Of a stretch of DNA of 64,000 nucleotides, positions 36,439-49,437 are shown one piece after another. A program made the position numbers and the translations under genes. Every line of letters begins with the position of its first letter. The first letter of the stretch is position 1. Source of the DNA: Lama glama (Eukaryota). The notes under the pieces were generated by a model that made no database searches, was not told where the DNA came from, and saw only the letters and a list, made by a program, of their open reading frames with translations. The DNA lies in NCBI GenBank assembly GCA_028534125.1, contig CM052818.1, positions 41,666,001 to 41,730,000 on the forward strand. The letters run 5' to 3'.

Positions 36439-36938
36439 NNNNNNNNNNNNNNNNNNNNNNNNNNNNNNNNNNNNNNNNNNNNNNNNNNNNNNNNNNNNNN
36501 NNNNNNNNNNNNNNNNNNNNNNNNNNNNNNNNNNNNNNNNNNNNNNNNNNNNNNNNNNNNNNNNNNNNNNNNNNNNNNNNNNNNNNNNNNNNNNNNNNNN
36601 NNNNNNNNNNNNNNNNNNNNNNNNNNNNNNNNNNNNNNNNNNNNNNNNNNNNNNNNNNNNNNNNNNNNNNNNNNNNNNNNNNNNNNNNNNNNNNNNNNNN
36701 NNNNNNNNNNNNNNNNNNNNNNNNNNNNNNNNNNNNNNNNNNNNNNNNNNNNNNNNNNNNNNNNNNNNNNNNNNNNNNNNNNNNNNNNNNNNNNNNNNNN
36801 NNNNNNNNNNNNNNNNNNNNNNNNNNNNNNNNNNNNNNNNNNNNNNNNNNNNNNNNNNNNNNNNNNNNNNNNNNNNNNNNNNNNNNNNNNNNNNNNNNNN
36901 NNNNNNNNNNNNNNNNNNNNNNNNNNNNNNNNNNNNNN
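36439..36938. other. Assembly gap (500 N)
   Basis: Run of N. Confidence 1.
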
Positions 36939-37871
36939 TTGCTCCCATCTTTAGGGACCTCTCTATCCCCTGGGTACCTGTAAGCAGGTAGAGTCAGGGC
37001 CGAACTTGACTCGGGCTCCGACAGAACAGTGCACTTTCTGCCACTAGGGTCTTGAATTCCAGCTAGATTGCAAATTCCTCATCAGCAGGTGGGGCCTGGA
37101 ACTCTCAGCTTCCCCTTTTCTAGGGCATAGAAGACAGCACCAGGTAAAGGGGTATGTACTGAAAAGAACAAATGGAGAACTCTAACGAACAAGAGTGATG
37201 TATTGGTGACATATTGGGGCATTTTGGTGAGGAAGGAAGTGGTCAGCATACGTGAGAAGGAAGAAACTCATGTCCTCAGAGCCAAAGAACTAGTTTCAAG
37301 GTGGTGCTGTGACCAGTCAGGTCAAATGCAAGGGCAAGACTCGGGAGGACAACGGAAAGCCCATTGGATATGACTATTCAGGGTCATTGGTGAGAGCTGT
37401 GCCGGGGGAGTGGTGAGGGCACGAGGCAGGCTGTGACGGGTTCCAGAGTGAGTAGTCATGAATTACATTTTATTTCTGTGCAGCCTGTATGAGACGAACA
37501 GGACAAGTCTGGATGTTTGGAAGGAGGTTATGTCCTTCAATACTTATTAGCTATGTGACCTTGGACCAATTACTCAGAGTCCTGGCACTTTGGTTTCCTT
37601 ATCTGTAAAGTGGAGATAGCACCTTCCTTGCAGAATTGGTCTGAAGAGCCAAGAGTATCCTGCATGTAAAGCTTGAAAGTTCAGTGTCATAGGATGGGAT
37701 ATGGCCAATAGAAGTTGGTGATGACTGTGTGTTTCAGGATAGGAGAAACTTCAATGTATGTATAGGAACCAGTTGGGAGAAAGAGAACTCAAAGATACAG
37801 AGCCCAGGAGCTCAGTGATGACACCAGGGCTCTGAGGAAGGGATGGAGTAGAGGACACGGGGCGAGGATGG

Positions 37872-38441
37872 CCCTGGGGAAATACACATTAGGTTCCCGT
37901 GAGCCCCTAGGCACAGTTTTGTCAACCGATTAAGACATAACCTTGTTTGATGTGTGTTTTCTTTAAGTCACCATCTTTAATATTTTTGGTTGATTCGCAG
38001 CCATTGGGCTCATGGCCAACAGCGCCATAACATGAACAAAGCTTGCCCAACGCACGTCTCCAGAAGGCCTGTCACAGCCTCTGCACACTTAGGACACTAG
38101 ACAGCACTTCAGCACTATGCTTGGGGCCATTTGAAACAGTGAAATCAACAACAACAAAAAAAGCAGAAAAATATGAAAAACGGGACTAAATAGATAGCAA
38201 AAAGAAACTCGCTTGTAGTCTGAGAGCTGAAGCAAGAAACAAGAGTGTTGGTTGCCTTGTTGACTTTTGCTGTGAACGTGAGAACGGGGTCGGGGGAGAA
38301 CCAAACTTTCCACCACATTGTGCGTGTTCGCAAATGACTGCAAGGGACACTGAGAATATTGATTTGGTGGGGAGGGGTTGCAAATTAATCTTAGTGAGTA
38401 AGGAAATCTGCAAATACAGAACCTGCAAATCAAGAGGACTG
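37872..38441 (-). mobile_element. MER82 (TcMar-Tigger non-autonomous element)
   Basis: ggacactagacagcacttcagcactatgcttggggccatt...aacagtgaaatc; ends gactg followed by TA. Confidence 0.85.
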
Positions 38442-38719
38442 TACTTGAGTGTGCAGAGAAGGGGGACGGAAGCTGACAGATTTCATGGAAGGGAAATTCC
38501 TCTTTGAAATAGAAGTTGAAGTCTTCTTGAGGGGAAGCAGGAGACCTGAGGGGAGGGGGGTTAGGAGGGCACAGGGACAGGGTGGGCAGGCCCAGCTGAG
38601 GGCCGGGGGGGTAAGACAACGATCCTCATTTCAGCTCCTCCCTCCAGCACTGCCTCCAGGCAACAGTCCCTGAAGTTGATTACTTGGAGAAATTCACCAA
38701 ATGTTGCAAGCCTGGATTT

Positions 38720-39560
38720 CCATTTAAAGATGCAGAGGTTTCTTTTTCTCCCCTTTTCTCCCATGAAGCCCACCAAAGAGAATAGAACACAGACAAATAC
38801 AGAAAATTTTTTGAAAATATGTGTGTTTTTTTTCCTCAAATGGGATTATATTACACATCCTGTTCTTAACATACTTTTTTTCCAGTTAATGATATGACTA
38901 TATTTTTTTTTCTGTCATCGAAGATTCTATCTTATTTTAATGCTGCGGAGTATTTCGTTACATTGCCCTGCCTTGATTTACTGGGTCTACTGTGTCCAAG
39001 GCCTACAGCTTACTAAGTGCTTAGTAAATATTTGTTGAATGACTTACTTGAAAGAATGCTGAATAGTTAGGTTGTGTTTCTAAATATTTGCTGTTACAAA
39101 CAGCCCTGGAGCAAACATCCTTTTAGCTAAATCATTAACACATCCGTAACTATTTCCTTAAGATCAATCCTTGGAGTAGCACTGTTTGCTGAAAGAGTCT
39201 GACCATCATTGAAACTTTTGGATCATCTCCAAAAACATTATGCTGATTTGCTTTTCCACGTACAGTATCGACTATGCCCATTTCCTTTCATCTCAGCCAA
39301 TCCTTGGTGTTTTTAAAAAATAGTCTTTTCTAATTTGATGGATCAAATGTGGAATTTCATTCTGGCATAATTTGTAATTCTTTGATACTTCGTGAAGTTG
39401 AGTATTTTTTCCCCATGTTTACTGATCATTTATGTATCTTTTATGAATTTTCTTTTTACGGCTGTTGCCCTTTTAAAATTTTGTTTTTGATCATTACTGT
39501 TGACTTACAAGGACTCTTTCTATTAAAAATATTAATCCATTGTATGCATAGAAAGTTGCA
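38720..39560 (-). mobile_element. Old L1M (L1ME-like) 3' region with a short L2 tail at about 38990-39060
   Basis: tttgctgttacaaacagccctg...aacatcctt; atttgtaattctttgatacttcgtgaagttgagtatttttt. Confidence 0.7.
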
Positions 39561-42500
39561 AACTTGGCATTTCCTTTTCATTTCTTTATCATTTTTAAAG
39601 ACTTCACAGTCACCTTCATCTTCCATCTATATCTCTCTGCTTTGACTTTGTGCTTAGAAAGTCCTCCTCCATCTCCAATTTTCCACCTCTTCACTTATGG
39701 AGGTTTTATCCATGTTTTGCAGGTAAGGAAAATGAGATTCATGAAGTCTGAAGTCAGACAGCTCATGAGTAAGACTGTGTGTTTGACTTCAAAACTCCAT
39801 GATCTTTCTGCTAAATCAGACTGCCTCTTTCATCCAATAATATTCTGAATTAGTCGAGTCAGAGTCAGCTCTGTTGAGCAGTTGGTCTACATACGTGTAG
39901 AGGCCAAGAGGTCATACTTTCGGAAGTAGATTCCCAATCAGAGAGACCAAAAGTTAATCCTGGAAAATCACACCTAATCTCTTCTCCCGTCTCTGCCATG
40001 TCAGCACCTCCCCTGTGTAGACCCTGAGTTCTCAGAACTCAGTACATTTTCCTGTAAGGGTGTCCGTGGAGGAACATGGCTGGCCTCTAATGGGAGTCAG
40101 AAACTTCACCTGCTAGTGAATTACTCTGATAACATGGAGTGTGCAAAGTGGATGGGCAGCTGTGGCCTTGACCTTCAGATGCTGCGTGTAATCCCAAGCT
40201 GTGCTCCCACTGCTCTTCCAGTTTGCATGGCCGTCCACCTCGCCAAGCTCCAGGCTTTGGGAAGACGGAGCCACGGGGCTAGGGAATGACTTCCCTGCGG
40301 TGCCTGAGTTTCGTAAAGGACGTTATGTGGCCTTCATGCTTTTTTGGACTTGGCCACCTGGAGAGGAAATTGAGTGGGGAAAAGAATGAGGCTGTGGCAG
40401 GGGCTTTTTGAAAAGAGATACAACTGGAAACTCTTTGATATTTTATGTTTCCTACAACGGTCTCCCAACCATCCTATGAAGAGTTCTCACCTGATCCCAG
40501 GGTCTGGAAATTATATAATAATCTAATAACGTGTGCCACCTTAGAAGGAAATTTTTCCTCCTTTCGTAAACTTTGAAAAAAAATCCATAATAGCTGTTGT
40601 ACTTTCAATATGCACTAAATGAAGAATAGTCTTCATGTTATTCTGATTTAATTTCACCATTTTCCAAAAAAGTGAAGAGAACTACCATAGAGAAACTCAC
40701 AACAGCCTCTTTGAACCCAAGTTTCTTAAAACAGAAAAGATGCCTTGTTTTTTGTGTTTTTTCTCTTAAAAAATAAATCACTATGGTGCTTTTAACAGAG
40801 ATTCAGAGAATAAAGGCAGCTCTTTTGATGGATAAAAGTATGAATTTTGAATGTCTGCTCAACCCCAATGATTTTTTGGGAATGGGGTGTTAGATGAAGA
40901 GTCACTGTGTAATTCCAGACTTAGTTACCAGGACTGGGGAGGAACCACATAAGCTTCTCCTCAAGGCATGAAGACCTCGGTCCTGTGGGCAAAGGAACAT
41001 GCAGAGCCTAAGCTGGGGGGAGCTGGTGGAACTGGAGGTCTAGGTAGCAGTGATCTGAAGCCTCTTTAACTCTCCGTGTCACCCTGTTCCCATCCATCAA
41101 GAGACCTGGGGGAACCAGGACAGCAGATTTATCATCAACCAGTGTGGGGGCCCCTTGATATGTTGACATATCCCAGTATTCAGACTGGGACATCCTGGTT
41201 GGACAGGAGCCTCGGCCTCCCCTGCCCCTGGGCACTCCCACTGACCAGCCCCCACTTGGTGGGTGGGGCTACAGGTGACATTCAGTGTGATGGAACCAGC
41301 ATTCATCATCATGGGCTATCAGTTCTTAGAAGCAGTTTATAGATCCTCCCACCACCTTTATTTTTTTTTAAACAATTGTAACTTACTACGAGTCAAAGGG
41401 AAGAGATACGAAAAGAGTAAATAGAATAAAATGTGGAAACCCTACATCTCCACTTTCCTCCTGCATGGAGTTTTGCATGGAGTGGAGTTCTGAGGTCTTG
41501 GAGGACCTGGGGTGAGATGCAGACTCTCCCGTTTCCATCTGTGTGGAAGAGTCCCTGGCCCTCCTGACTGGAGATTTCATGGCCTTCGATCCAGTGGTGC
41601 AGAAATAGGCTCCCAGCAGCCTCCTCCAAGGTCATTTCTATTCCTCAGATAACTAGGAATCTGATGAATGTGAGGTGATTCTGGTATTTTTAAAAGGCAG
41701 GTGAAATAAACATCCAGAGAACTCAATGAACTGAGAGCTGCTTTTCTCGCGACCAGCTGCACCGAACTCTGGACAGTAGCCTTGCTCTGGGAAGTGACAA
41801 ATGGACCCTCATTTGAGTATTTCTATGTCTGTGACATCACGCATCTCAGTTTCTTCCCATCAGTTTCCACTCATTAGGGACGTGTACATTATCTGGTTTT
41901 CAAGCTGGCATTTGTGGAAAGGGACAGTGGTGTCAAGACTCTTGGAAACTCATGGAAAAGCTGTTCAGAACCGAGGTAACGTTTTGTTGCGATGGAACCA
42001 AAGAAAGAAATCAAAGGGGGATGGGATCCCTGGGGGGCCTGGGATTGCCCTTGGCCCGGTCCCAGTCACAGAGACCATATTTTTGATATCCAAGCTGCCT
42101 CCACGAATAATTTCACTGGCTTTCCAGCTAGATTCTTCTAACTTCTTGACAAGGAGCTCCCAACTCTGGAGCTGACTTTCTACCAGTATCTGGGCAACCC
42201 TGGCATGGCTGCCTCCGAAGTGAGTTCACGTGCCAAATATACGTTGGGTTGGAATCCTGCATATGGCGCGCAGAGCTTGCCCCCCGACAGAGCTTGTGCA
42301 GGCTGCACTGGGCCCTCCTGCCTGCTCCAGGCAGAGTTTGGTTTGGAGCAGAGCTGGTTTTCCTCCAAGATGTCTCAATCAGCAGACTCCACAACCTTTT
42401 TTTTTTTTTTTTTTTAAAACACTGTCCTCTCATTGCCTCTGTTCGAAGGATCAGACATGTGAGTGATTCTTTCATCCCTTCCAGGGAATTTGTGGGGAGC

Positions 42501-43779
42501 TGAACCAGGACGGCAGGATTTGGAACCTGGGAGGGGTTTCCATTGTCTGCAGTGGCCTATCACCAGTCAAATCCAGTGTGTAGGTTAATAAGGCTTAAAC
42601 TTTAAAGGAAGGTTGAACATCTGATTGACAAGCCAGTGAATAAGAGTCCAGGGGGAAGTTCTGGGCTTGGAAAGTTACCCGTGCAGTTGAATTTCAAAGA
42701 GTGTAAGTTATCAGTTTCGCTGGAGCGGGCACCTGGGAGAGTGTAACTTGCATTGAAATAGCAAATTGTTCTGCTAGATCCCAGTTTCCTGTTGGTCTGA
42801 GGACTGGCGAATCAATTGCCTTGGTTAATTGCTATTTATTGTTCCTGGGTCAAAGAGTGGCCAGAACTCAAGTCGGAATCATCTACTGTGGCTGCTGAGC
42901 TCTGCTCTGAGGTATCCCAAATTGGTCTTTTGCTGGCGCCAAAATGCTGAATGAGTGTTTTGTCCTCTGGAGGACAGGTAATGTATCAATGCCTTTTACT
43001 ATGAGTACTGATAAAATCTAAAATAAGATTATTTGGGGCTTTTTTTCTTTTTTTGGCAAGGAGTTCAAAATAATACTTACCTTGCAGCTTGACCCACTGC
43101 AACCATTGGGGTTTGCTTCAAAAATGATCTGAAAGTAACCCAGGGATGGCCCAGCCAGGCATCCTGGGCTCATGTGCACAAAACCTGGATCTTGGCGTCT
43201 TGTGACAGCAAGTCCCCGAGGACGTTTGGACTCCTCCTGGAGACCCAGGAAAGAGTCTATAGCAGCATCAGACAGGAATAGCTGACCTTTTTGTTTAAAC
43301 AGGTTAAAAGTGTAAAAGATAAGTTTTTAAATCGGAAGAACTCATCTCACTCTCTAACACAATTTTTAAGAACATTTTTCTGTGAAAGTGTCTTATCTCT
43401 GTCCACATACATATACACCTTTTCAAAACTCTAACCATGGTAAAAGATACATTGAGTATCACGATTTTTCATTCTTAATATTATCCTAGAAATCATTTAA
43501 GAGTGTCATAATGACTATTTTTTATGACTGCACAGTGTTCAGATATATGGATGGCACCATCTTCCGATGGGGAGCATTTAACACTTAGATACAATTTGAA
43601 TGAAATTTTATCTTTAATATACAATTTCAGAAAAGAAAAAAAAATGACATAAAGGGCCTGATTACTTTTGTAACCTTTGCAACATGTTGTAATATAATTT
43701 TCTAAAATTTATAATGTCATCAGAATGAGTGTACACCTAACTTTGCCAGCATTGGGGATTCTCAATTTTTTGAAATTAT

Positions 43780-43930
43780 GCTGGAAATTTTCTAAGAGAG
43801 TAGAAGCAGGTGCTCTCACCACACGTATCAAATGGTTAACTAACTTGAATGTGGTGATCCCTTTACTATGTAATTATTTCCTATATATATGTATAATTTT
43901 TATTGAAAGATAATGAAAAATTTTCAAAAG
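43780..43930 (+). mobile_element. Short L1MA-type 3' end
   Basis: gaaattttctaagagagtaga...tgctctcaccacac...ttaactaacttgaatgtggtgatc. Confidence 0.65.
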
Positions 43931-44394
43931 GAAAATAAATTTCAACTAAAAACACCTATTATCACTTATTTTAAAGATTTTAGCACACACAGAACGTGAG
44001 AAGTAAGTGCTTAACGGAAGTCACCAAACCCACCCATGAGCTAAAAACAGGCATTTGAAGAAACAGATGTTCAAGGATTAGAGAGTGAAGTCAGGGAGTT
44101 AATGAATTAAACAGGATGGAAATAGTTTCAGATTAAACCGAACCACCGCTGCTCCAGCTGACTTGGGCAGAGTAGACGACTCCCCCCTTCAGAGAAACAA
44201 CACAAATGTCTGGCTGGATGAGAAGGATTATCAGTCCAATGTACTGGAGGATAATACATCAGCCTGTCATTTATCTATTATCTTCAGGGAACCAGATATA
44301 TCATATAAATGGATATGGAACACAGAGGTGGAAATGCCATCTTCGTTCTAACGTTTTTGATCGAAGTCATCCTAGCGATCAATAACACACGTCC

Positions 44395-44605
44395 TCTCCA
44401 AGCTCCGTCGCTTCTTAGCTCTGTTGCCTTGGGTGAGTTATTTAACCTCTCTCTGCCGTACTTCCATTCTCAGGAAAACAGGACTGAATCACCTCTACCT
44501 CCACTAGAGGTTCTGAATGTGAGATAAGTTAAGACGAGTAGAACAGAGCCTGGCGGTCAGCAGGCACTTAACGCACGTTAGTTGTTACCACTGTCGTCAT
44601 CATTA
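44395..44605 (+). mobile_element. MIR
   Basis: ccttgggtgagttatttaacctctctctgcc...tagaacagagcctggc. Confidence 0.8.
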
Positions 44606-46249
44606 CACGCAAGGTATTGAACTGAATTTGTCCGTTGCTAAGTGACTTCACGTTGGAGGAAGGGGGAAACAAGGGTTTGTGGACTTTGCTGGGTCTTATT
44701 TTGTTCATCTGAACTATGAGGGTTTGGACCTAAGAAACTCAAAGGACCCTACCTGGACGTGCCACGTGTTGTGTCTGCCCAGCACTGGTCACAGCATCCA
44801 TTATTTCACTGGGCTGCTGCGCCTTTGCATCTTGGTCAGGGCGGGGGTGGGGGAGGAGGCAGGGAATTTGAGGAGGGTGGTCCTGAGGTTTCTCCCACCT
44901 CTTGCTCTGGCAAGAAGTGACCCCAGAGTGTTGTCTTCCTTGCTGGTGTTTCTTCTACCTCCTTTCTCAGCGTTGGCTGCCTCTTCTTGGTGGTTATGTC
45001 ACTCCCCCCCCCGCTGCCCACGCCAAGACTTCCTGCCTCCTTTTAAGTTGCCCTTTCTAAAAATATCATACAGCTTTTAACCTCTGGCCCACTCTAATTT
45101 ATTAAAGACCTGGACATGATGGAGAAGTCACATATCAATCACATATAAGCTTATTAAATGACATGTATGTGTATAAACATATATTGAGTTAGTTGTATTT
45201 TTAGATTTATGAGATAGAAAGGGGGAGCTCTCTGGCTGAAGGGGGCCTTCAGCCCTGTAGACGGGTAAGGGATTAAAGATGGATGATCTGGTGAGAATCA
45301 AAAGTGAAGTCTATGAAGGCTGGGCTAACCTAGAGGGCCATTCACAGCCTTATAGAGACACGGTGATGAGACCAGAGATCAGGAAGAGACTGTCAGGTTC
45401 TTAAATCTTTGTAACCTCTTTGTATTAGTTAGTTTTGCCAGTTAAGTCTTGTCCAGAGGACATTATTAACACTCCTGCCCACCCATGTTACATGCACGGA
45501 AACCAGCTCTTAAAGCAATTGAGTTCCTTGTCCAATAATTGCTGGGCTGGAATGCAAACCCAGGTCTGACTGACATCAAGCTAATAATGATCTTTCACTA
45601 TACCAGGCAACCTTTAATATTCCCCTAAGGACAAGGATTCCACACGTTTGTTCTGGAGATGGTGAGAAACATGGAGTTGGTGAGATGGCTTATTCTGAAG
45701 TCATTCTTGGGTATGCACGCCAAGGAATAGCGGGGGCGAGAGCAGAGATCGCTCTTAGTGAAAGAAAGAAAGAAAAAAAGCCTACTTCCTTAGGGAAGTT
45801 ACAGTAAGGGGATAACCAGCAAGAATTTTCTGGGGTACCTGAACACATTCAAGCCCCTGGATTGCAAAGAGAATGCCGGCTGCTTATGGGATGTCAGGGG
45901 CTGGAGTCTCTTGACTACTGCCCATCAGGAACTGGTGGCTGTGCTTGACATGGGAGGTTGGCCAGGAACTTGGATGCTTGATAAGCGATGCCAGTTGTCT
46001 ATCCATAGCTTTGTTTCTAAAGGCAGAGAGCTCTACGTGCACAAGTAGAATAATAAGATCTTGACTGAGCTGGTTCCTGGTGGAAACCTTAACCTGGCAG
46101 GTAGTGCCAGGTGAGTCTGGAAGGTACATACTCCAAAACACCTGATGCCAAAGGAGCCAGTAAGGGCTCTTCTAGCCCAAAGGCTTCAGAGCTGAGTCCT
46201 TGCTTCTCTCTCTAGTTCATATTTTGCCCCCACCCTATTCTTTCCCTCC

Positions 46250-46810
46250 CTCTATTCCCTTCTTTCCCCAAATATTTATTGAGCACCTTCTCTGCCCCAG
46301 ACCCTGCATTTATGATATAAAACTGAATAACACAGAGTTCCCTGCCCTCAAAGTTCTTACACTCTCTTGGAAACAATTCTCAAGTCTCTAGAGGTGCAAA
46401 AAACGAGGCATCATATCCTATGGGAGCACCAAGGAGAGGGTTCTAGTCTCCCCCAGGGGTGGTACCAAGCCAAGTTGTGTGGTATTAATTGGCTAGATTT
46501 AGCTAGAAGCAGATAGAAGGAGGAGGATGTCTAGACAGAAGGCAGAGCGTGGGCCAAGGCATCGAGGCAACAAAGCATGAGACCTCCAGGAACTACAGAA
46601 ATTCATTACGACCAGCCTGAGGGATTGGATGCCATATTGGTGGGAGAGGTTATGGGTAGGGCCAGACAATAGAAGGAACTGGATCCTATTCTATAGACGA
46701 TGGGGAACCAAGTGCACAAAGGAGGGACAATGTCTGATTTGCTGAAAAGATCACCGGCACTGCTTGTTTGGCAGCTGGATTGGAGGGAGTGCAAGCAGCC
46801 TGTAGAGTGG
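46250..46810 (-). mobile_element. L2 3' region
   Basis: caaatatttattgagcaccttctctg...tccctgccctcaaag. Confidence 0.8.
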
Positions 46811-47364
46811 GAGTATTCCAGTGTGCCTCCTGGTTAGGGGTGTCCTTTAGAGCACACTGAGGCAACTTCTGGTGTGATTGCAGAGCCCAGGTAGTGAAAA
46901 CATGGCCTAAAGCATCAAAATCCTTTTGTGGGACTTGACTTGCAGGACCAAGAAATCCATTTGCAACGGCATAAAGGCATCCTGGCAAAACAGGTGACCA
47001 CAGTGAATGTCACCCCAAGGTTTTCAGGACTGAGCTGCCGCAGAAGTTAAGTTTGATTTACAAAGAGCAATTTTTTAAATGCATGACCTCTCTAATGCCC
47101 TAACTGCTTCAGGATCTCCAGAGGCCTGCCAGAGAAAATCTAGCAGGTCAGAGGCCCAGAGACATCTGATTACACCATGAAAGACAGGTATATGCAAAGC
47201 TTAGTTTTTCCCCAGGAATTCCACCTTTATAATTAGTATTTCTTTTGGCTAAAGCAATTACCCACTGAAGTGCTTCAGTGAGGTCTCAGGACATTGTCAG
47301 CTCCTGGGGTGCAGAGGTAGGTCCTTTACTTCCCTCTGCAAATCGTGGGCTCACTTGTCCTATG

Positions 47365-48045
47365 TTCAGACTCTATTTGCTACATGCTGGCTATGTGTCT
47401 AGGTGCTTTGCACACTGTCGTTTAATTCTTACTTGAAACCTCTCAAGATAGGTTTATCATCCTCATTTCCCGTTTGAGGAAACAGATCACCAAGGTTAAA
47501 TCTCAAGTTCACAGAGACAGTGAATGGTGAAATCAGGACTTGAGCCCAGCGGGTGAGGCTACAGCCGGGGGCCTTCCTCACCACAGCCTGCTTACCTGGA
47601 GAGGCAGAAACACACTGGAGTTAAGAGTCTGGGGTGGGAGTCAGATGCTCCTGTACTGAATTCTCGCTTTGCCATGTATTAGGTATAGAATTTGCTCAGG
47701 GGATCACAGGTTGAAGATTAAATAAAATGAGATGATGTAGGTAAAGTACTTAGCACAGGACCTGGTTCAAAATAACTGATTAATGCCTCCTACCATTATT
47801 AGTAAGAATTACTAACAGTTCTCTTTTCCAATGATGAAAATATTTCAGGTGCGTGTGCCAGGGTCTTTGGAGTCTTAGGGTCATTTCTTATGCAGATTTA
47901 GAGAAAGCACTTGTCAAATGCCAGACACTGTTCTAGTGGATTAATTCATTTACTCCTCAGCCAGGAACGATCCAAGTCAAGATTTCATCTCAGGCAGTTG
48001 ACTCCGGAGCCAACACTTTACCCATCATGCTGCGCTGCCTGTCTT
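47365..48045. mobile_element. MIR cluster (minus 47365-47560, plus 47600-47805, minus 47900-48045)
   Basis: MIR core and tail motifs in each segment. Confidence 0.7.
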
Positions 48046-49200
48046 TGCTTTGTGCATTGGTGGGCAAGTTTGGGACAAAAATAACCTTAGTGATGAGACA
48101 TCGAACTTGGACAGAGAAAACTTGCATCTCACTAATTTGAAGTTAGCTCAGAAAATGCTGGCCTTTTAAGGGATTGCTTTCCATGTAAGATTTCAAATGA
48201 CCCACATTTGTTCTGAACAATTAACTTTGCAGAGCATGGGTAACATAGATTATTTGTAGCAATATAAACAAAAGCAAGATGTTAATTAAATAGCTACTTT
48301 TAAGAGCTATAGTCTTTTAATGGCTTAAAAAAACCCACTACCAGCTGCATTATTCTCTTACCACTAATTCAAAAATTTCTAAAGAGAAACATTGAAAGGG
48401 AATGATTGTCCTGAGTGTCGAGATGTATATAAACTCACCACTGAGCTAGCTCTTTAATATCCTTCAGCCGTATAAACTGCACTACAAACTCATGATTGTC
48501 ATTACCATTCCCGTGGGTGAGGACAAGGAGGTTCAGAGATGTTCTGTAGCTTGCTCAAGTCCTCCAGACAGAAACAAAGAAGTGGGGACATAGAGCCAGA
48601 CTTCCATGACTGGTAGTGTTCTGTCTACTTTTCCACATTCGAATTTGAACAGACATAGGGATGCTGAGATTAAGACCAGTGAACGCTCATGGTCTGAATC
48701 CCAACTTTCCCCACCTTGATAATGACACTGAGCCCATGACCAGCCATAGGCAAAAGACACCAAAAATCTACCTAGAAGTGGACTAATTCTCAAATAATTG
48801 CAGTTTGGAGTTATTTGAGGTCACAACAGGCAGGATGATGGGCATTCAGGTAAGTAAGGGACAGGAATGTATCTGAGGACAAGAGAGATTTACTATTCCA
48901 AACCATTAATAGGATCAGACACCAATAATTAGAGAGTTGGGATTTGAGCCTGGTTCTGAATTATTCATTGCCTTAAGCAGGAATCTTTTCTGTATTCTCT
49001 GCCAGGAGGGAGGCCAGTTCTTATGGTTGGACAGACTGGAGTGTATGAGCTTAAGTGAGGATGTAGCTGTACTTACTGAGCAGAGGATGAGAAGTTGTAG
49101 TGAAGGTTGATTCCAAGAGCAGGGCTGTGGGATGAGAGAGGTCAGGGCCATGGAATAAACCTCTATAACAGAGGCTTGTGGCATAGTTAAACTTCTCAAA

Positions 49201-49437
49201 CTGGGCTGAGCAATAGAACTTTCTGTGATAATGGAAATTTTCTGGATCTGTGTTATCCAATACGGTAGCCACTACCTACATGTGACTATGAAATACTTCA
49301 TATGTGATTAGTGTGAATTAACCACATATTTGACTGAAACACTGAATGGAATTTTTAACTTTATCAATTTTAGTTATTTTAAATTTAAACTTATATTGTC
49401 ATGTGTAGCTAGCCACTACCATATTGAATGCACATCT
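49201..49437 (+). mobile_element. MER3 (hAT-Charlie)
   Basis: caatagaactttctgtgataatggaaat...tccaatacggtagccact...catgtgtagctagccactaccatattg. Confidence 0.88.

Noticed and set aside
36351..36991. Long ORFs spanning N runs (also 56452-57120)
   Set aside because: Artefacts of the assembly gaps.
48804..48855. Possible 46-nt plus-strand exon ending CAG|GTAAGT
   Set aside because: Perfect donor but almost no polypyrimidine tract, an unrecognised peptide and no partner exons; such donors occur by chance at this scale.
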